In this document: positions 63,213 to 64,000 of the stretch, in pieces
Numbering within the stretch: the stretch's first letter is position 1
How the letters are laid out: each line of letters begins with the position of its first letter
Assembly (NCBI RefSeq): GCF_006345805.1
Contig: NC_042999.1
Coordinates: 63,736,001 to 63,800,000 of the forward strand
Reading direction: 5' to 3'
DNA: 64,000 nt
Source of the DNA: Octopus sinensis
Lineage: Eukaryota
Translations under genes and position numbers: made by a program
The notes under the pieces: model-generated
Told to the model about the DNA's origin: nothing
The model's database searches: none
Seen by the model: the letters and a program-made list of their open reading frames with translations, nothing else

Positions 63213-64000
63213 GTAAGTAAACTTAAAGAGACTGGGAACTTAGCACCACACACCATATTAGAGTTTTATTGATTTTACAGAAAATGCAAGAAACTGTTTA
63301 AAACTACTTGGTTATCTAAGAGAAGTGTAACAACACAAACTCATTTGCCTGTTTTTCCATGATAGCATGGGTCGGACAGATATGTTATTAAAGTATTGTT
63401 TTACATCTGGATACCCTTTCTGCTGTGAACCCTTACCCGTTTTTCAATTAAGGGATCTCTTGTACCACATGTCTTCAAAATTATGAAGTGAATGGATGAT
63501 TTGTTGATATAAAACATGACAACACCACCATTGCTTGTAGCTCACAACTTTCATAAAACACAAATGTAAACAAGAACACAGACATACACACACACACAGG
63601 TTTCTTTTCAGTTTCCATCAATCAGATTCACTCACAATCCTAAAGTAAAAAAAAATTGTCCAAGGTGGTGTGCAGTAGGACTGAACCCCAAACTTCATGG
63701 TTAGGTAGTGACCTTTCTTAACCACTCAGTCATTCTCCCACCTGTCTTATAAATGTTTCAAAATATATTTTGAGGACAATAGCCTTATTGGCTCTCAGTA
63801 TCCAGTGAGTTAATTACTGTTTCACTGTGTTTGCAATGGTGTGAATGATAAGGGAATGTTTGTACAACTAAGAATTAGTACAATATGATGCTTTTGTACG
63901 AACATATCAGTTTATTAACAATTTTCTGGCTGATATACATCTACATATATCATCACTTTATGCCTGGCATTTATTGGACAGGTCTGACAAACATTTTAAC

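Overview
This is AT-rich eukaryotic genomic DNA, not prokaryotic. The repeat landscape (tRNA-derived SINEs, RTE LINE tails, TTAA MITEs, long (TA)n/(TG)n tracts) resembles octopus genomes as I recall them; this is inference. A single plus-strand gene spans almost the whole window. I assembled 15 phase-compatible coding exons by hand (1397-63212, 5001 nt, 1667 codons, continuing past the window end). They encode an N-terminal coiled coil, a LPIMLSPIPS motif and a 3.7-kb low-complexity exon, which best fit ICE1, the scaffold of the little elongation complex used in snRNA transcription. Intron 3 is a textbook U12-type AT-AC intron. Intron 8 holds a nested antisense gene for a small single-Ig membrane protein. 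The giant exon has three tiers of internal repeats, including 28 copies of an F-N-N-P/S-E-T-K heptad. The introns also contain a Tigger/pogo transposon with one amber stop inserted in an RTE LINE, Penelope and R4/Dong-like remnants, many MITEs and SINEs, long hairpins and a 1.08-kb tandem duplication. No database searches were run; family names come from motifs recognised by eye.
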